A stretch of DNA of 64,000 nucleotides from Nitrosopumilaceae archaeon (GTDB taxonomy: Archaea > Thermoproteota > Nitrososphaeria > Nitrososphaerales > Nitrosopumilaceae): contig OZ242376.1 of the NCBI GenBank assembly GCA_965209085.1, forward strand, positions 1,056,001 through 1,120,000, written 5' to 3'. The notes below the pieces were generated by a model. The model made no database searches. It had not been told where the DNA came from and saw nothing but the letters and a program-made list of their open reading frames with translations. Numbering within the stretch: position 1 is the stretch's first letter; the number at the start of each line of letters is the position of its first letter. This document shows positions 20,279 to 31,234 of this stretch, in pieces. A program made the position numbers and the translations under genes.

Positions 20279-22010
20279 TGATGAATAATGCAAATGATAC
20301 TGATGCGTGTATTGCCGTTAGTTTTAAGGAATTGGACACTGCCATTCTAAAATGCGTGAATATCTTTGATCCCATTATTGAAACATGCACACTCCCTTCT
20401 AGAATTTCAAATGACGCAGGCTGCACTGAATCGCGCGCGATTTTGGCAATCTGCATGTACCATTCAGATATGTTCTCTTTGGGTGTGAGCAGTCCAAACT
20501 GATGGTAGCCCTGTCTTGTCCGCACCAGTTTGTGGGAAAAATGTGTATCAGATGTGCACGTTTCAAGCAGGCAATATCCGCTCTCTGAGAAATTTTTTAC
20601 GATAAACTCGCGCACGCCGTTTTCCATATTGTTTGAATCAGACCACCCAATGTGGTATTCGGTGCCGTTTATCCGAAGGCATAAAATTCCAATCCCGCCG
20701 TTTGCAAGATCTGGCGCATTAAGGTTCATTGACGCAGAATTTGCATATCCAAATTCAAGCGGATATGCCGGTTTTGAGATCAAATCATCAAGACACGAGC
20801 GTGCCGCCTTTATCATGTCTTCAGAATCAGATCCTGATATTTCATCACCCATTGCGTTGTGGCAGTCAACCACAAGCGTTCGCTCAAAGCCGCGGTTTTT
20901 AGAGTACTGTCGGATTTGGTTCTGTATCGAGCCTGGCAGATCTTCGGTGCCAAACGGCGAGAGTGAGAGGAATAATACTGCGTTTTTTCCAAACAAAATC
21001 CCGGTAACTCTTGCGCGGTTTATCTGCACTGTTATAGGTTCAGTACAGGTTGCACCTGTATCTGAAATGGAGCATTTTGAGAGGCTAGAGACGTAATTTT
21101 CTACATGCTCAGCTGAAGGCAGATTCATCGCATGATCTGATATGCTGTGCATTACCATCGCCTGAGAATCAAGACTTTTGTATATCGTATAAGGGATGTT
21201 GCTTCCCCCCACGGGATGGTAAGGTCCTGGATGTATACCAGGAAAGACTAGGCGAATTTCCGAATCCCCCCCGTTGGATTTGAGATTGACCTGCGCTGTG
21301 TTAACTTGCGATGGTTTGGACCATTCTTCAAGTATGCTTTCCACATCCCCAAGATCACCGGACCTTGAACGAATATAGGCCTGCACAAGACGATGCGTAC
21401 TTTGTATGTGCGGTCTGCCGGCACGATCCGTAAGATATGACCATACTGCTGCAATTGCAAAAAACGCTCCGCCGTATCCCAGTGTTATGGGATGTACTAT
21501 CGCCAATGCCCAGGAATCTATAGGAATCATTACTGCAAATACTGCAACAGGCTGCAGTATTGCAATGGCCCACGCCTTGCGGGCAGGAACACCAAGCGTG
21601 GTTGTAAGCATACCCAGTCTAAATGCTATGAAAATCATCATGCCCAATCCCACATAATGCACCGGCGGGGCATCAAATGAGAGTATTCTAACAGCCGCCA
21701 ATCCAGAAAGCAGTATCAAGGCCCAAAGAAGGCTTCCGTACAATGACTGGTGCAGTGCCTTTGAATATTCTTTTTTTGCAATCAGTCTTGAATCTATTAT
21801 CTGTGTTATTCCAAGTATTCCAAGTCCGCTCACAAGATATGGCACAATCTGCGCGATTTCCCCTATTCCATACCAGACATGGGACATTGTTATCACGCAT
21901 GTCATTATGGCCATCGAGATTGCAAGGGATATCCAGTATGATGACGGGGTTACAAGCGTTATAGAATACTTGTTATGCAGCCTTGATACATCGTCAGAAG
22001 AATCGACCAT
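20262..22010 (-). CDS. DUF2070 family membrane protein
   Basis: N-terminal TM helices, HPGP..PVGGS, VDCHN, DSNNM and TSDTH motifs; adjacent to secG. Confidence 0.82.
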   Translation of the reverse strand: MVDSSDDVSRLHNKYSITLVTPSSYWISLAISMAIMTCVITMSHVWYGIGEIAQIVPYLVSGLGILGITQIIDSRLIAKKEYSKALHQSLYGSLLWALILLSGLAAVRILSFDAPPVHYVGLGMMIFIAFRLGMLTTTLGVPARKAWAIAILQPVAVFAVMIPIDSWALAIVHPITLGYGGAFFAIAAVWSYLTDRAGRPHIQSTHRLVQAYIRSRSGDLGDVESILEEWSKPSQVNTAQVNLKSNGGDSEIRLVFPGIHPGPYHPVGGSNIPYTIYKSLDSQAMVMHSISDHAMNLPSAEHVENYVSSLSKCSISDTGATCTEPITVQINRARVTGILFGKNAVLFLSLSPFGTEDLPGSIQNQIRQYSKNRGFERTLVVDCHNAMGDEISGSDSEDMIKAARSCLDDLISKPAYPLEFGYANSASMNLNAPDLANGGIGILCLRINGTEYHIGWSDSNNMENGVREFIVKNFSESGYCLLETCTSDTHFSHKLVRTRQGYHQFGLLTPKENISEWYMQIAKIARDSVQPASFEILEGSVHVSIMGSKIFTHFRMAVSNSLKLTAIHASVSFALFITSFFL

Positions 22011-22015
22011 TTGCC

Positions 22016-22183
22016 TCACGGTATAAGGAATATGTCAAGCAACCACGAGAGAACGATCAGGCTTATTGGCATTGTTACGACTATTTTTGGAGAGATTTTT
22101 ACCCCTTTGGTCTCATCCTCAAAGAACCGTAACAGTCCAGCGCCCGAAGCCGGAAGCGGGGCACTGTTTTTCTTGCTACTCAT
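22016..22183 (-). CDS. secG: Preprotein translocase subunit Sec61beta/SecG
   Basis: Read manually (55 aa, below the track cutoff): MSSKKNSAPLPASGAGLLRFFEDETKGVKISPKIVVTMPISLIVLSWLLDIFLIP. Confidence 0.9.
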   Translation of the reverse strand: MSSKKNSAPLPASGAGLLRFFEDETKGVKISPKIVVTMPISLIVLSWLLDIFLIP

Positions 22184-22230
22184 ACGGTTTGAAGCAATCT
22201 AGGTGCATTAAAAACTTTGGGCATGCCGGA

Positions 22231-23391
22231 GCTCTGTCCATGAATGAGCATTTTTTATAAAATCCGATCAAATTCATTCAAAATTATATAACATGTTCAC
22301 CAATTCACCATTATCAAGCCCTGCTCATCTTGTCAGTATTGCAAATATTGGGTTTTAGAGTATAGCACACGCTAGGATCATATCTGACACAAAGTGTCAG
22401 AATCTAGACTGCGGCAGCTAGAATGTGAATATTATAACACAAGACAAAAAAGCCCAATTCAATTTTCTGTGTTGCAAATTTGCGGGTACTCGGAGTGGAT
22501 GAAAACCTTCTCTTCATGGATGAAAACGTGGCCTCTACGTTGCTGCGTTTGTAGTATATGGATGGAAATTCATCAGGATTATCACGATGCCATCGAAGCA
22601 TTTTTCCCATTGCGTCAAATCCACGTACACGAACACCTTTTCTTGACATTATTACAGGAATTCGTCCAATCTTTTCTATGAGCGTGCACATGTTGCATGA
22701 AAGATATGCTGCATCAAGCATCACGTGGCCAGAACCGTGCGGCAGTGTGTCATATATTTGCTCAAATATTGGTACATCATGGCGTCGTGCATGGGTAATA
22801 TCCTATGATATGATTATGCCGTTTTCAGCAGTTACAATATGCAATTTGCGATAATCCCGTCTTGACCTTGATCCATTTTTTGCATAAAGCCACGTGTTAT
22901 GCCCGTTTATTGCAATTCCTGTAGAATCCCCGTACAGCGTACCTTTCATTCCAGGTCTACCTGCAGAATTTATCATCCATGTGATGAAATGCTCATAAAT
23001 TCTAGTAGATGCTACCTGCAACGCTAACCTTGACGGGACTCTTTTCAAGCCCGGTATTGATAGTAACCGTGATGAATCTTCAAGATAATCTCCAAGTTCA
23101 TCGTATGACAGTTGTTGTATTGTCTTTAGGGCAATACACACAGTCATTCCTAGGGGGTCAAAGCCGGTTTGTCCTAACGGACTTGGTTTCCATGGATTTA
23201 CCCCTTGATTTTTTGCTTTCATTATAATCGAGGTTAACATTTGGTGTGATCTGGCAAGATTTCCTCGTCGTTTGTGCTTTGTTGATTTCATTAAATTGGC
23301 TCGGATCTACTGATCCAAAGCTTTTTCGGTTGTTTACATTCATGATCTAAAAGCTTTATGGTATGTTTTTGATTTTATTCATGGACAGAGC
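22231..23391 (-). mobile_element. IS5-family element with broken transposase
   Basis: Perfect 15-bp IR GCTCTGTCCATGAAT / ATTCATGGACAGAGC. Fragments carry GDSTG, YRKLHI, LDAAY and Y.KRSNVEATFSSMKRRF; internal stop at about 22803. Confidence 0.85.
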
Positions 23392-23519
23392 CGCCAAAAC
23401 TCAAAAAAGGATCACTTTTTAGTCAATTCGTATACGATTTGCATTTATGACTATGCATAGATAAATTTGCGACCCTAGTTTACACACTTATGAATAATTA
23501 GTTTATTAAATTCAATTTA

Positions 23520-23861
23520 TTACTTTTCCAATTTATTTAATCTATTTACTATTTCAGGTATTTCATAAGCATGGAGTTTTGTCATTTCAAATACCTTGTC
23601 ACCTGTTTTTTCAACATTAGATAATAGCCCCTTTGCATCTTTTAGGTCAATTTTTATATGCTCTAATTTCTGATCTACATCATCAAATCTATTAGATACA
23701 TAAACGCTAAACTTTTCAAAACGAGTATTTGCTTGATCTGCATGATCTACAAACGCCTTGTTAATTTGTATAATTAATCCATTAAGATCCTTAATAATTG
23801 CATCCGTTAAATTATCAACCTTTATTTCAAATTGATCTAACCGTTTCTCTATATCAGTCAT
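23520..23861 (-). CDS. Hypothetical coiled-coil protein (AT-rich)
   Basis: 113 aa ORF with heptad pattern. Confidence 0.6.
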   Translation of the reverse strand: MTDIEKRLDQFEIKVDNLTDAIIKDLNGLIIQINKAFVDHADQANTRFEKFSVYVSNRFDDVDQKLEHIKIDLKDAKGLLSNVEKTGDKVFEMTKLHAYEIPEIVNRLNKLEK

Positions 23862-24058
23862 ATTATTTTAAGATTAGAATTTTCTTTTAAACCTATCTGT
23901 CGGGATTCGTGCCTATGCACCGATAAGTTTACAGAACCGGCATGCCAAAGATGGACTGTGATTGGGTCAGGTACGTCCAACAAGTCCATGGAAATTACAG
24001 ACATTGGAAAACGGTTTTAGCACAATCTTACATGTGTTGGTGAGAGGGCATGCACCCG

Positions 24059-24304
24059 TTATCGGGCATTATAATACAAGATGATTTGATCCTTTGCATC
24101 CCCAAGTATTTCCTTTATTGTGTACACGTATCCGTCAGATTCAACAGAATCTGACCATCTTTGCAGCGTATCAAAACTGCATCCTGTAAATTCTCCAATG
24201 CCAGAATCTCCTCCAAGAATCCATGGATTTGCACATCCAGAAGATATCAATGCAGCAGCTCCAAATAAAAGTGCAAAAAGGACAATTGTTACGCCAATTT
24301 TCAT
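24059..24304 (-). CDS. Hypothetical small secreted/lipoprotein-like protein
   Basis: Signal-peptide-like N-terminus with SGC. Confidence 0.55.
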   Translation of the reverse strand: MKIGVTIVLFALLFGAAALISSGCANPWILGGDSGIGEFTGCSFDTLQRWSDSVESDGYVYTIKEILGDAKDQIILYYNAR

Positions 24305-24348
24305 TTTTTTAAGGGGTGTATTTTATTAAATAACTGTTATGGTAACTG

Positions 24349-25782
24349 TAGGTCATATCACAACCTGCCTAATTCTGACATTTTGACTAAAACGATATTA
24401 AAATATCCAAGTTGGCGACAATTTTGATTCCATAGATTTAGATCATCCCACAAAGTGGACGAATTATGAGAAACACCCACGGAGATGATCCACTATGAGT
24501 AAAAAACACTGTAATAAAAATATCAAATGCAGAGACCAAAGAGGCGGATAAAAAAAGGATTGCCAAGAAAACCTGAAAAGCCGTGCTGCATCCATGCTGT
24601 TTGGCCATCTGAGCCAGTTTGCAGTCCCAAAAGAATACAAAAAAGAACTCAAATGCATGAACAAATGTAAGAACGGCAGACGTTACATGTATCCGGACAA
24701 GCTTTTTTGGGTATTATCGGTAATCCAAGCGTGCACAAGTTACTCAAGCTGCACTATTGAAGGGATGGTTAGAAAAGTAATGGATGATGCATCTCCATCT
24801 AGCAGTACGATATACAAACGCATACAGAGATTGGACATTTCTGATAACGGATTGGAAAAGATGGCCCGCATGTGTGGTCTCTTTAAAAACACTTGATCCG
24901 ACAAGGCGCATGAACGGACAGCCTACGATGCTCATCTCTATTGATTCAAGCGGACTGAAACTATCAAAACTTGGATCATGGATAAAAGAAAAATGGGGCA
25001 TATCAAGTCCGTTTCTAAAACTGCATCTTGTCATAAACGTAGAAACGCTTGAAATACTCGATTTTAAGATAACAAAAAGCAACAAGAGTGATGCATCACA
25101 GTTTCCACAGATGATAAGAAAGGCACGCAAAAAGATCAGATGGCAGCTTGCGCACATGATATCTGAGATGGATTCAACTGAAGAGACTGCCAAATACAAA
25201 AACACAATGATGAAAATTCTTGGCGATGGGGCATACGGTACAAAAGAAAATTACAACGTGTGTGACAAACTTTGCATGTCTGGTCTGTTAAAGGTGCGTA
25301 TCAATTCAGCACTGTCAGGCGGCAGTCATGAACGCAATACGGCGGTGCAAGATCAGCTTGGAGGAGATGCAAGCAAGCGTACAATGGATGATGTTTCAAT
25401 ACAAAAACGAAAGGAAAATCTGAAAAAATGGAAAAAAGATATAGAGTATGGAAAAAGATGTCACTCTGAAATTGTTTTTGCAATATTCAAAGAAAGGTTT
25501 GGAGAACATGTACGATCAAGACATATGAAAAACATAAAGCAAGAAATTGGCATGAAAATCCTAGTGTACAATTTGTTAATATGTGCCGTACACTGACACA
25601 AACTGCAATAAGCCTAGCGGACGCTGTATGCAGATGTGTGAATTTTGGAAGATTTTTGTGTAAAATTACGGTTTGATAACAAATGGGTCCGGATATCGAT
25701 GACAGATGTGTGTTTTTGAAATATTTACTGTCATTTTGGATGGAATTTCCAATAGAATTTTCAATAGTTGTGACATGGCCTA
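24349..25782 (+). mobile_element. IS5-family (IS903-like) element, frameshifted transposase, copy A
   Basis: IR TAGGTCATATCACAAC / GTTGTGACATGGCCTA and 8-bp TSD GGTAACTG. IDSSGLK, FLKLHL, GDGAY and SEIVF..KERFG motifs; frameshift near 24880. Confidence 0.9.
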
Positions 25783-26087
25783 GGTAACTGCGTAGTTGTG
25801 TTGTGCAAATGGCACATCTGGGAATAATCATATCCGAGTGATTAGATCGGTTAAAAAAGACTTGTTGCATTACAGGTTTGTATCAATCGTATTTGGCCAT
25901 ATGATCATGTCTAATGTACTAGTCAGGATACGAATGCGTACAATCAAATTTATTCACGATTATAAGTGACGCATACTGTATACTGGTGTTGAGTTTTAGA
26001 GCCAACATGCGGCACAAGAGCAAGGCCACATATCTTATCCCGGATTCTGTAGACGAGTCAAAAATTCTCTCCCTAGTATGCGGCAGT

Positions 26088-26522
26088 ATGCTAATAGAGT
26101 TTTCAATACCAGGCAAAGATTACGGGATGATCACGGTGCAAAATACAACGGACAAAGGTTTTGGGGTTCCGTTGGAGTATAAAATAAATGCCTCGGATTT
26201 TGATGTTACCGTTGATGGTTTGCGCGCCGCAATGTTTGTCATGTCCCAAAAATCCCTTCCTGCAAAACAATTCGACTTGGATAATACTTTGCAGTCAAAT
26301 ATGTATAAAAAAACATCCAGTATTGAGAGTTTAAAACGGCGCGGCGGCTCCAAATTTCACATCGCGTATGACCGCGACAGATATTCTGCAGGTCTTCTAG
26401 GAATCGCCCGTGGCAGATGCATCCTTGTTGGATTCATACTGCTTGAGAGATTTGCTGCAAAATCCGGCTCCAAATATGGCAAAACACTGGCACGTTTTGG
26501 TCCAAGCGGATATATTGGATAG
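26088..26522 (+). CDS. Hypothetical protein
   Basis: Longest ORF in the gap, convergent with the next gene; no recognised motif. Confidence 0.5.
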   Translation: MLIEFSIPGKDYGMITVQNTTDKGFGVPLEYKINASDFDVTVDGLRAAMFVMSQKSLPAKQFDLDNTLQSNMYKKTSSIESLKRRGGSKFHIAYDRDRYSAGLLGIARGRCILVGFILLERFAAKSGSKYGKTLARFGPSGYIG

Positions 26523-26530
26523 ATTGTAAA

Positions 26531-26839
26531 TTATTTGCGCATCTTGGATATTGTGCTTGCCAGTGCATCTATTGATTCAATAATTTCTTTCCTGTTTTTT
26601 GAATCTGCATTTTCCAGCTCTGTTGTAAGATCGTTTAATTTTTTTTCCAAACGCTCCAATACGGATTCTGATGGGGGGTTTTGTTTTGTTTTTTCAGGAT
26701 CCGGCGCCCTTCCGCAGTTTGTGCATAACGCGTTGCCATTTTTCATTACCCGGACACCTTTACAGTACGGACAAGGTTCTGCCACCAAAGTGGCCCCCTG
26801 CAGCAGCATCATGACAGCTTTTTTGTTTAAATCATCCAT
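26531..26839 (-). CDS. Autoantigen p27/UPF0148 Zn-ribbon protein
   Basis: LLQGATL...CPYC...LCTNCG plus C-terminal coiled coil. Confidence 0.85.
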   Translation of the reverse strand: MDDLNKKAVMMLLQGATLVAEPCPYCKGVRVMKNGNALCTNCGRAPDPEKTKQNPPSESVLERLEKKLNDLTTELENADSKNRKEIIESIDALASTISKMRK

Positions 26840-27085
26840 ATCATATGTAGAGTATGATCGTCTTAAAAAAATGTCGGAATGATGGGTCGGATTTACAGGC
26901 AGTTTTTGACGTATTATTGCATATAAATGGGCATATCATCGTAAACGGATGGTAAAAATGTCTTTGAGTAAATGCCCAGTATTGTTTAATATCCCACCCC
27001 GTACGGTATTTTGGTTTTATTCGTGGCTATAGCCCCCACTCATACGACAGGCTTAATAGATACGCTAAGGTACTATAAATGACGA

Positions 27086-27394
27086 ATGGCAACAATTTGT
27101 GGCACCTGTGGATTACCAGAAGATCTTTGTGCATGTGGTGAACTTGCCAAAGATAGCGTAAAAATTATTGTAAGACTTGAGACTAGGAGATTTAAGAAAA
27201 AAGGAACCATGATAGAGGGATTGGATCCAAAACTCAACGATCTTGAAAGGGTTGCAAGAGAGTTAAAAAACAAGTACGCCTGCGGCGGAACGGCAAAAGA
27301 AGGATACGTTTTTTTGCAAGGAGATCACCGCGATACGATAAAAGATTCACTTGTAGGTCTTGGATTTGCAGAGTCTAGCATAGAATTACACTAG
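27086..27394 (+). CDS. Translation initiation factor aIF1 (SUI1 family)
   Basis: CGLPEDLC, LK.KYACGGT.K and LQGDHR motifs. Confidence 0.93.
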   Translation: MATICGTCGLPEDLCACGELAKDSVKIIVRLETRRFKKKGTMIEGLDPKLNDLERVARELKNKYACGGTAKEGYVFLQGDHRDTIKDSLVGLGFAESSIELH

Positions 27395-27406
27395 GCAGGA
27401 GATCAT

Positions 27407-28384
27407 GTGAGAATACAAATCCAGATTGCATCATCTGTTTTTTGCGCGTTTTCTGTATTCATATGCGGATTGTTTGTAATCTCGCTAGCACTTGGTGCAT
27501 ACGTGTTTTATGCAAGCGATGTTGGAGACGGAATAAACCACGAATATCCCATAAACAGCGTCATCGGAATGTACGGGGGCGAACCGATTTCTGCAATAGA
27601 TGGCATTACGATGGGCCAGATTTTTGCCATAATGTGGGCGCTTACTGTCGGAGTGTTTGTAATTTCAATAAAGGGACCAAAACTTGGATATTTTCACGCA
27701 CTTGAAAAGATGCGCACATCTTCAGAATCTGGCGCCATATACAGTCACATGTTTCAGGCCACAAGATGGTTTTCAATTCTCATACTAGTCTCCGTTGTAA
27801 TAGTTGCAGTGCAGGGATTATTTGGCGTGGAAACTTTGCCGCCTGAGATCAAAAACGATTTGGTCGGTTTTTATCAGGTTTCAAATGCGCCGTATATTGA
27901 AGAGGGAATATTTCGCATTCTTTTAATCGGCGTGCCTTTGTATATGGTATACTCGCACAGGGCATCTGGAGTTCATTTTCTAAAATCACTGTGGCATCCG
28001 GATGCGCATTTGCACGTGGAGAGGAAAACATTTGTGGCCGTTTTGATTTGCGCGGTTGCAGCACTGTTTGGAGCAGCACATGTGCTTGTAGGCGAACCCT
28101 GGAGTGCGGGTAAAATTGCACAGGCCACGGCGGCAGGAATCATACTAGGATGGGCGTATTACAAATATGGCATAATTCCGGCCCTCCTAGTCCACATTAT
28201 GGCAAATTATATGCTTTTTTCCCTAATGTATTCGGCAGTGGCAGTTTCAGGCGCTAGCATATCCCAGATACAGGAGAGCCAGTTTTTAGAGACTTTGGAG
28301 ATTTTGATGGTTTCTGCAGGCGCATCAGCTGCCCTTGTTCTAATATTGCAGGTATTGCACAAACGCTGCACAGCTAAACCGTAA
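27407..28384 (+). CDS. CPBP/CAAX family intramembrane metalloprotease
   Basis: EE..FR, FGAAH and H...N motifs with multiple TM helices. Confidence 0.85.
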   Translation: MRIQIQIASSVFCAFSVFICGLFVISLALGAYVFYASDVGDGINHEYPINSVIGMYGGEPISAIDGITMGQIFAIMWALTVGVFVISIKGPKLGYFHALEKMRTSSESGAIYSHMFQATRWFSILILVSVVIVAVQGLFGVETLPPEIKNDLVGFYQVSNAPYIEEGIFRILLIGVPLYMVYSHRASGVHFLKSLWHPDAHLHVERKTFVAVLICAVAALFGAAHVLVGEPWSAGKIAQATAAGIILGWAYYKYGIIPALLVHIMANYMLFSLMYSAVAVSGASISQIQESQFLETLEILMVSAGASAALVLILQVLHKRCTAKP

Positions 28385-28417
28385 ATAATTATAACTTGCA
28401 ATCATACGTATAGTCAG

Positions 28418-29470
28418 ATGGGTTTTAAGACACATATTGTCCGCAAAGTTGGAATTATGTTTGGCGTACTGTTAATCACCATGCTTTTGACCATATCCCT
28501 TGTAGGCTCAAACATGGACCATATTCTAAAGCAGGGCGTTGCGTTCCAAGTTCGCGCCGAATCCAGCTCCGATCCCCGCATTGCAGCGTCATTTTCAGAT
28601 CATACAGAATTTGAAGAATACATCCAGTTCAAAATAACAGAACGTGAGAAGATTCTCGGGCTTGATGAACCATGGCACTCCCCGCAGCGCGTCGGATACG
28701 CAATGTACCGCATAATTACACTTGATTTTGGCCAGGCCGTATTTTTAACCAGTGATGCAGGCTCATCAGATGTGTTGGATATTTTGGCAGAAAAACTTCC
28801 CAAAACCGTGCTGCTCTTTACCAGTTCAACGGCAATTATTGCAGTTATCGGCATTCTTGTAGGATCCGCATCAGCTTCACGAATAGGTTCGACAACTGAC
28901 AGACTTGTGTCCGCTTTTGCCGTAATAAGTTCCAGTTTTCCCGTATGGTGGGTTGGCATGCTGATGATACTGCTGTTTGCTTTTGTACTTGGAATATTTC
29001 CCGCAAGGGCAACGCCGGATATTGCACCCGGCGAACCGGGATATTATCTCTCGCTTGCATATCACATGGTTTTGCCGCTTGCCACCATTGTCTTAATTGG
29101 ATTTGGTTCGTGGTCGTATCTGGTACGCAATTTTATGATAGGCGCCATGCATGAAGAGCACATATTTGCAAAACGTGCCATTGGAATATCCAAAAGAAAA
29201 ATAGTATACTCTCATGCACTTCGCAACGCTGCACCCCCAATCATAACCGTGCTTGCACTGAGCGTTTCAGGCTCGCTTGGCGGAGCCATCATAACTGAAG
29301 CAGTCTTTGACTGGCCGGGTATGGGGAGGCTCTACTTTGAGGCCATAACCGTGTTGGATCTGCCGGTAATCATAGGAGCCACGTATACGCTAACGGTGTT
29401 TTTTCTCATCAGTGTTTTCATAGCAGACATGCTGTACGGATATTTTGATCCGCGGGTGAGAATAACATGA
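28418..29470 (+). CDS. Peptide ABC transporter permease (DppB-like)
   Basis: HALRNA and GAIITEAVFDWPGMG motifs. Confidence 0.92.
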   Translation: MGFKTHIVRKVGIMFGVLLITMLLTISLVGSNMDHILKQGVAFQVRAESSSDPRIAASFSDHTEFEEYIQFKITEREKILGLDEPWHSPQRVGYAMYRIITLDFGQAVFLTSDAGSSDVLDILAEKLPKTVLLFTSSTAIIAVIGILVGSASASRIGSTTDRLVSAFAVISSSFPVWWVGMLMILLFAFVLGIFPARATPDIAPGEPGYYLSLAYHMVLPLATIVLIGFGSWSYLVRNFMIGAMHEEHIFAKRAIGISKRKIVYSHALRNAAPPIITVLALSVSGSLGGAIITEAVFDWPGMGRLYFEAITVLDLPVIIGATYTLTVFFLISVFIADMLYGYFDPRVRIT

Positions 29471-30846
29471 CATTATCTGCGAGCGTGCCAGGTTCGGGAA
29501 TCATATCAGAGATGCTTCATACAAAATCCGGTAAAATCGGGATTACGATGCTTTTGGCACTTGTGGCACTCTCAGTATCAGTTCTTGCAAGCACCCCTAT
29601 TGACACTCTTCAGGAATGGAACGATCCCAGCGTGTGGTTTGAGAGACCAAAGTCAGCGATGCCAGCATGGGTAAACATATTCTCTCCAGATGAGCGCATA
29701 CCAGAGCATGTAATTTTGCGCGGAGTTGCAGCAGATAGCGTACGGTATGACAGCATATATGCTGCCGTGCAGAATTTTGTTATAGAGTACAATTACGACG
29801 GATTTCCAAACGACATCATATACGAATATGCTGCATCATATACTGGAGCTCCCCTGCTTAGCATCAATGTTGAGAGACCTGACGGTAAAAGCATAATGCT
29901 GTATGCGGATTCGCTTCCGTATTCAAAAGAGGTGGTGCGCCATACGGAGCGCATCTTTTCTGCAGATCCGGCAATAAAATCAAACCTGCAAATGTACGGT
30001 GATTTTTTTACATTTTCCACGGATGGAATAGCTTCTGAATCCATAGTGTTCTCAAAGGCGCACGTTCATGAACCCCTGCATGGAACATACCACATCACGG
30101 CAAGTCTGTACGGTTCACCGGATGCGGCGCACATAAGAGAGTCCACCATTATTCTTGGAGGCAGTGTATACGGACTGCTTGGAACAGACGATCTCCGGCG
30201 GGATTTGGCAATAGGCATAGCATGGGGCACGCCACTTGCGCTTTTCATAGGCGTTACAGTGGCAATAGGTTCCGTAAGCATGGGTCTCCTGTACGGCGTA
30301 TATGCTGGATACCGCGGCAAGTATACTGATGAGACCATGATGCGTCTTAATGACATAGTTTATGCCTTGCCGGTTTTACCGTTTTTGATAATTCTTTCAG
30401 TTACGATAAGCAACAGCATATTCGTGATGGTTTTGTTTCTAATGGCCTTTGGCTGGGTCGGAGTTGCAAAAGTTGCCCGCAGTATGGCGTTGCAGATAAA
30501 AACTCAAAGTTTTGTAGAGGCATCCCGCATGATGGGCAGAAAAGACATGGGTGTCATATTGCGACATGTTCTGCCCCAGCTTTTACCGTATGCGCTTGCA
30601 AGTGTGGCAATATCGGTTCCGGCTGCAATTACCACAGAGGCCGGTCTTAGTTTTCTTGGACTTGGAGATCCGTCATTTCCCACATGGGGACAGATTCTGC
30701 ATGATGCCGGAACCCACGGAGCTGCTGCGCGCGGAATGTGGTGGTGGATAGTACCTCCGGGTTTGATGGTTGCAGTGGCAGGACTGACGTTTGTCTTTAT
30801 TGGAAACTCACTTGATAAGATTGCAAATCCAAGAATACGCCGCTAG
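29467..30846 (+). CDS. Peptide ABC transporter permease (DppC-like)
   Basis: LGTD.L.RD, FVEASR..G and EAGLSFLGLG...WG motifs. Confidence 0.92.
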   Translation: MTLSASVPGSGIISEMLHTKSGKIGITMLLALVALSVSVLASTPIDTLQEWNDPSVWFERPKSAMPAWVNIFSPDERIPEHVILRGVAADSVRYDSIYAAVQNFVIEYNYDGFPNDIIYEYAASYTGAPLLSINVERPDGKSIMLYADSLPYSKEVVRHTERIFSADPAIKSNLQMYGDFFTFSTDGIASESIVFSKAHVHEPLHGTYHITASLYGSPDAAHIRESTIILGGSVYGLLGTDDLRRDLAIGIAWGTPLALFIGVTVAIGSVSMGLLYGVYAGYRGKYTDETMMRLNDIVYALPVLPFLIILSVTISNSIFVMVLFLMAFGWVGVAKVARSMALQIKTQSFVEASRMMGRKDMGVILRHVLPQLLPYALASVAISVPAAITTEAGLSFLGLGDPSFPTWGQILHDAGTHGAAARGMWWWIVPPGLMVAVAGLTFVFIGNSLDKIANPRIRR

Positions 30847-30879
30847 TTTGCCGCATTGCATATTTTACAAAATACCGTA

Positions 30880-31191
30880 TTAGAAATCTGCACGTTTTGT
30901 TTTAGAGCCGCATCTTGGACATTCGCTTGCCTTGTGCTGGTTGCCGCATACAAGACAAATGTATTTTATCGGACGGCTTTCGTTATGTTCGGGGTTTGCA
31001 CCCATTCCAAACATGCTGCCGCCAGTACCACCCATCCTTCCCGTGTAACGTCTGCGTAAAAAGAACGGAAATGCGATAAAAAGTACCAACGCCACGCCAA
31101 GACCGTATGGGAAAGGTAAAACCATCTGTATGCCTATGCTTACCACCAAAGAGGCCACTAAAAATATGATGTAAGTTTTGTAATTGAACAT
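30880..31191 (-). CDS. Small membrane protein with C-terminal Zn ribbon
   Basis: Two TM helices, then CLVCG...CPRCGS. Confidence 0.75.
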   Translation of the reverse strand: MFNYKTYIIFLVASLVVSIGIQMVLPFPYGLGVALVLFIAFPFFLRRRYTGRMGGTGGSMFGMGANPEHNESRPIKYICLVCGNQHKASECPRCGSKTKRADF

Positions 31192-31234
31192 GGCATACGA
31201 TACTTGAAATAACATATAAGGCTAACCAATCCAA

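Noticed and set aside
23890-24050. GGGATTCGTGCC as a possible tRNA T-loop remnant
   Set aside because: No cloverleaf could be built on either strand.
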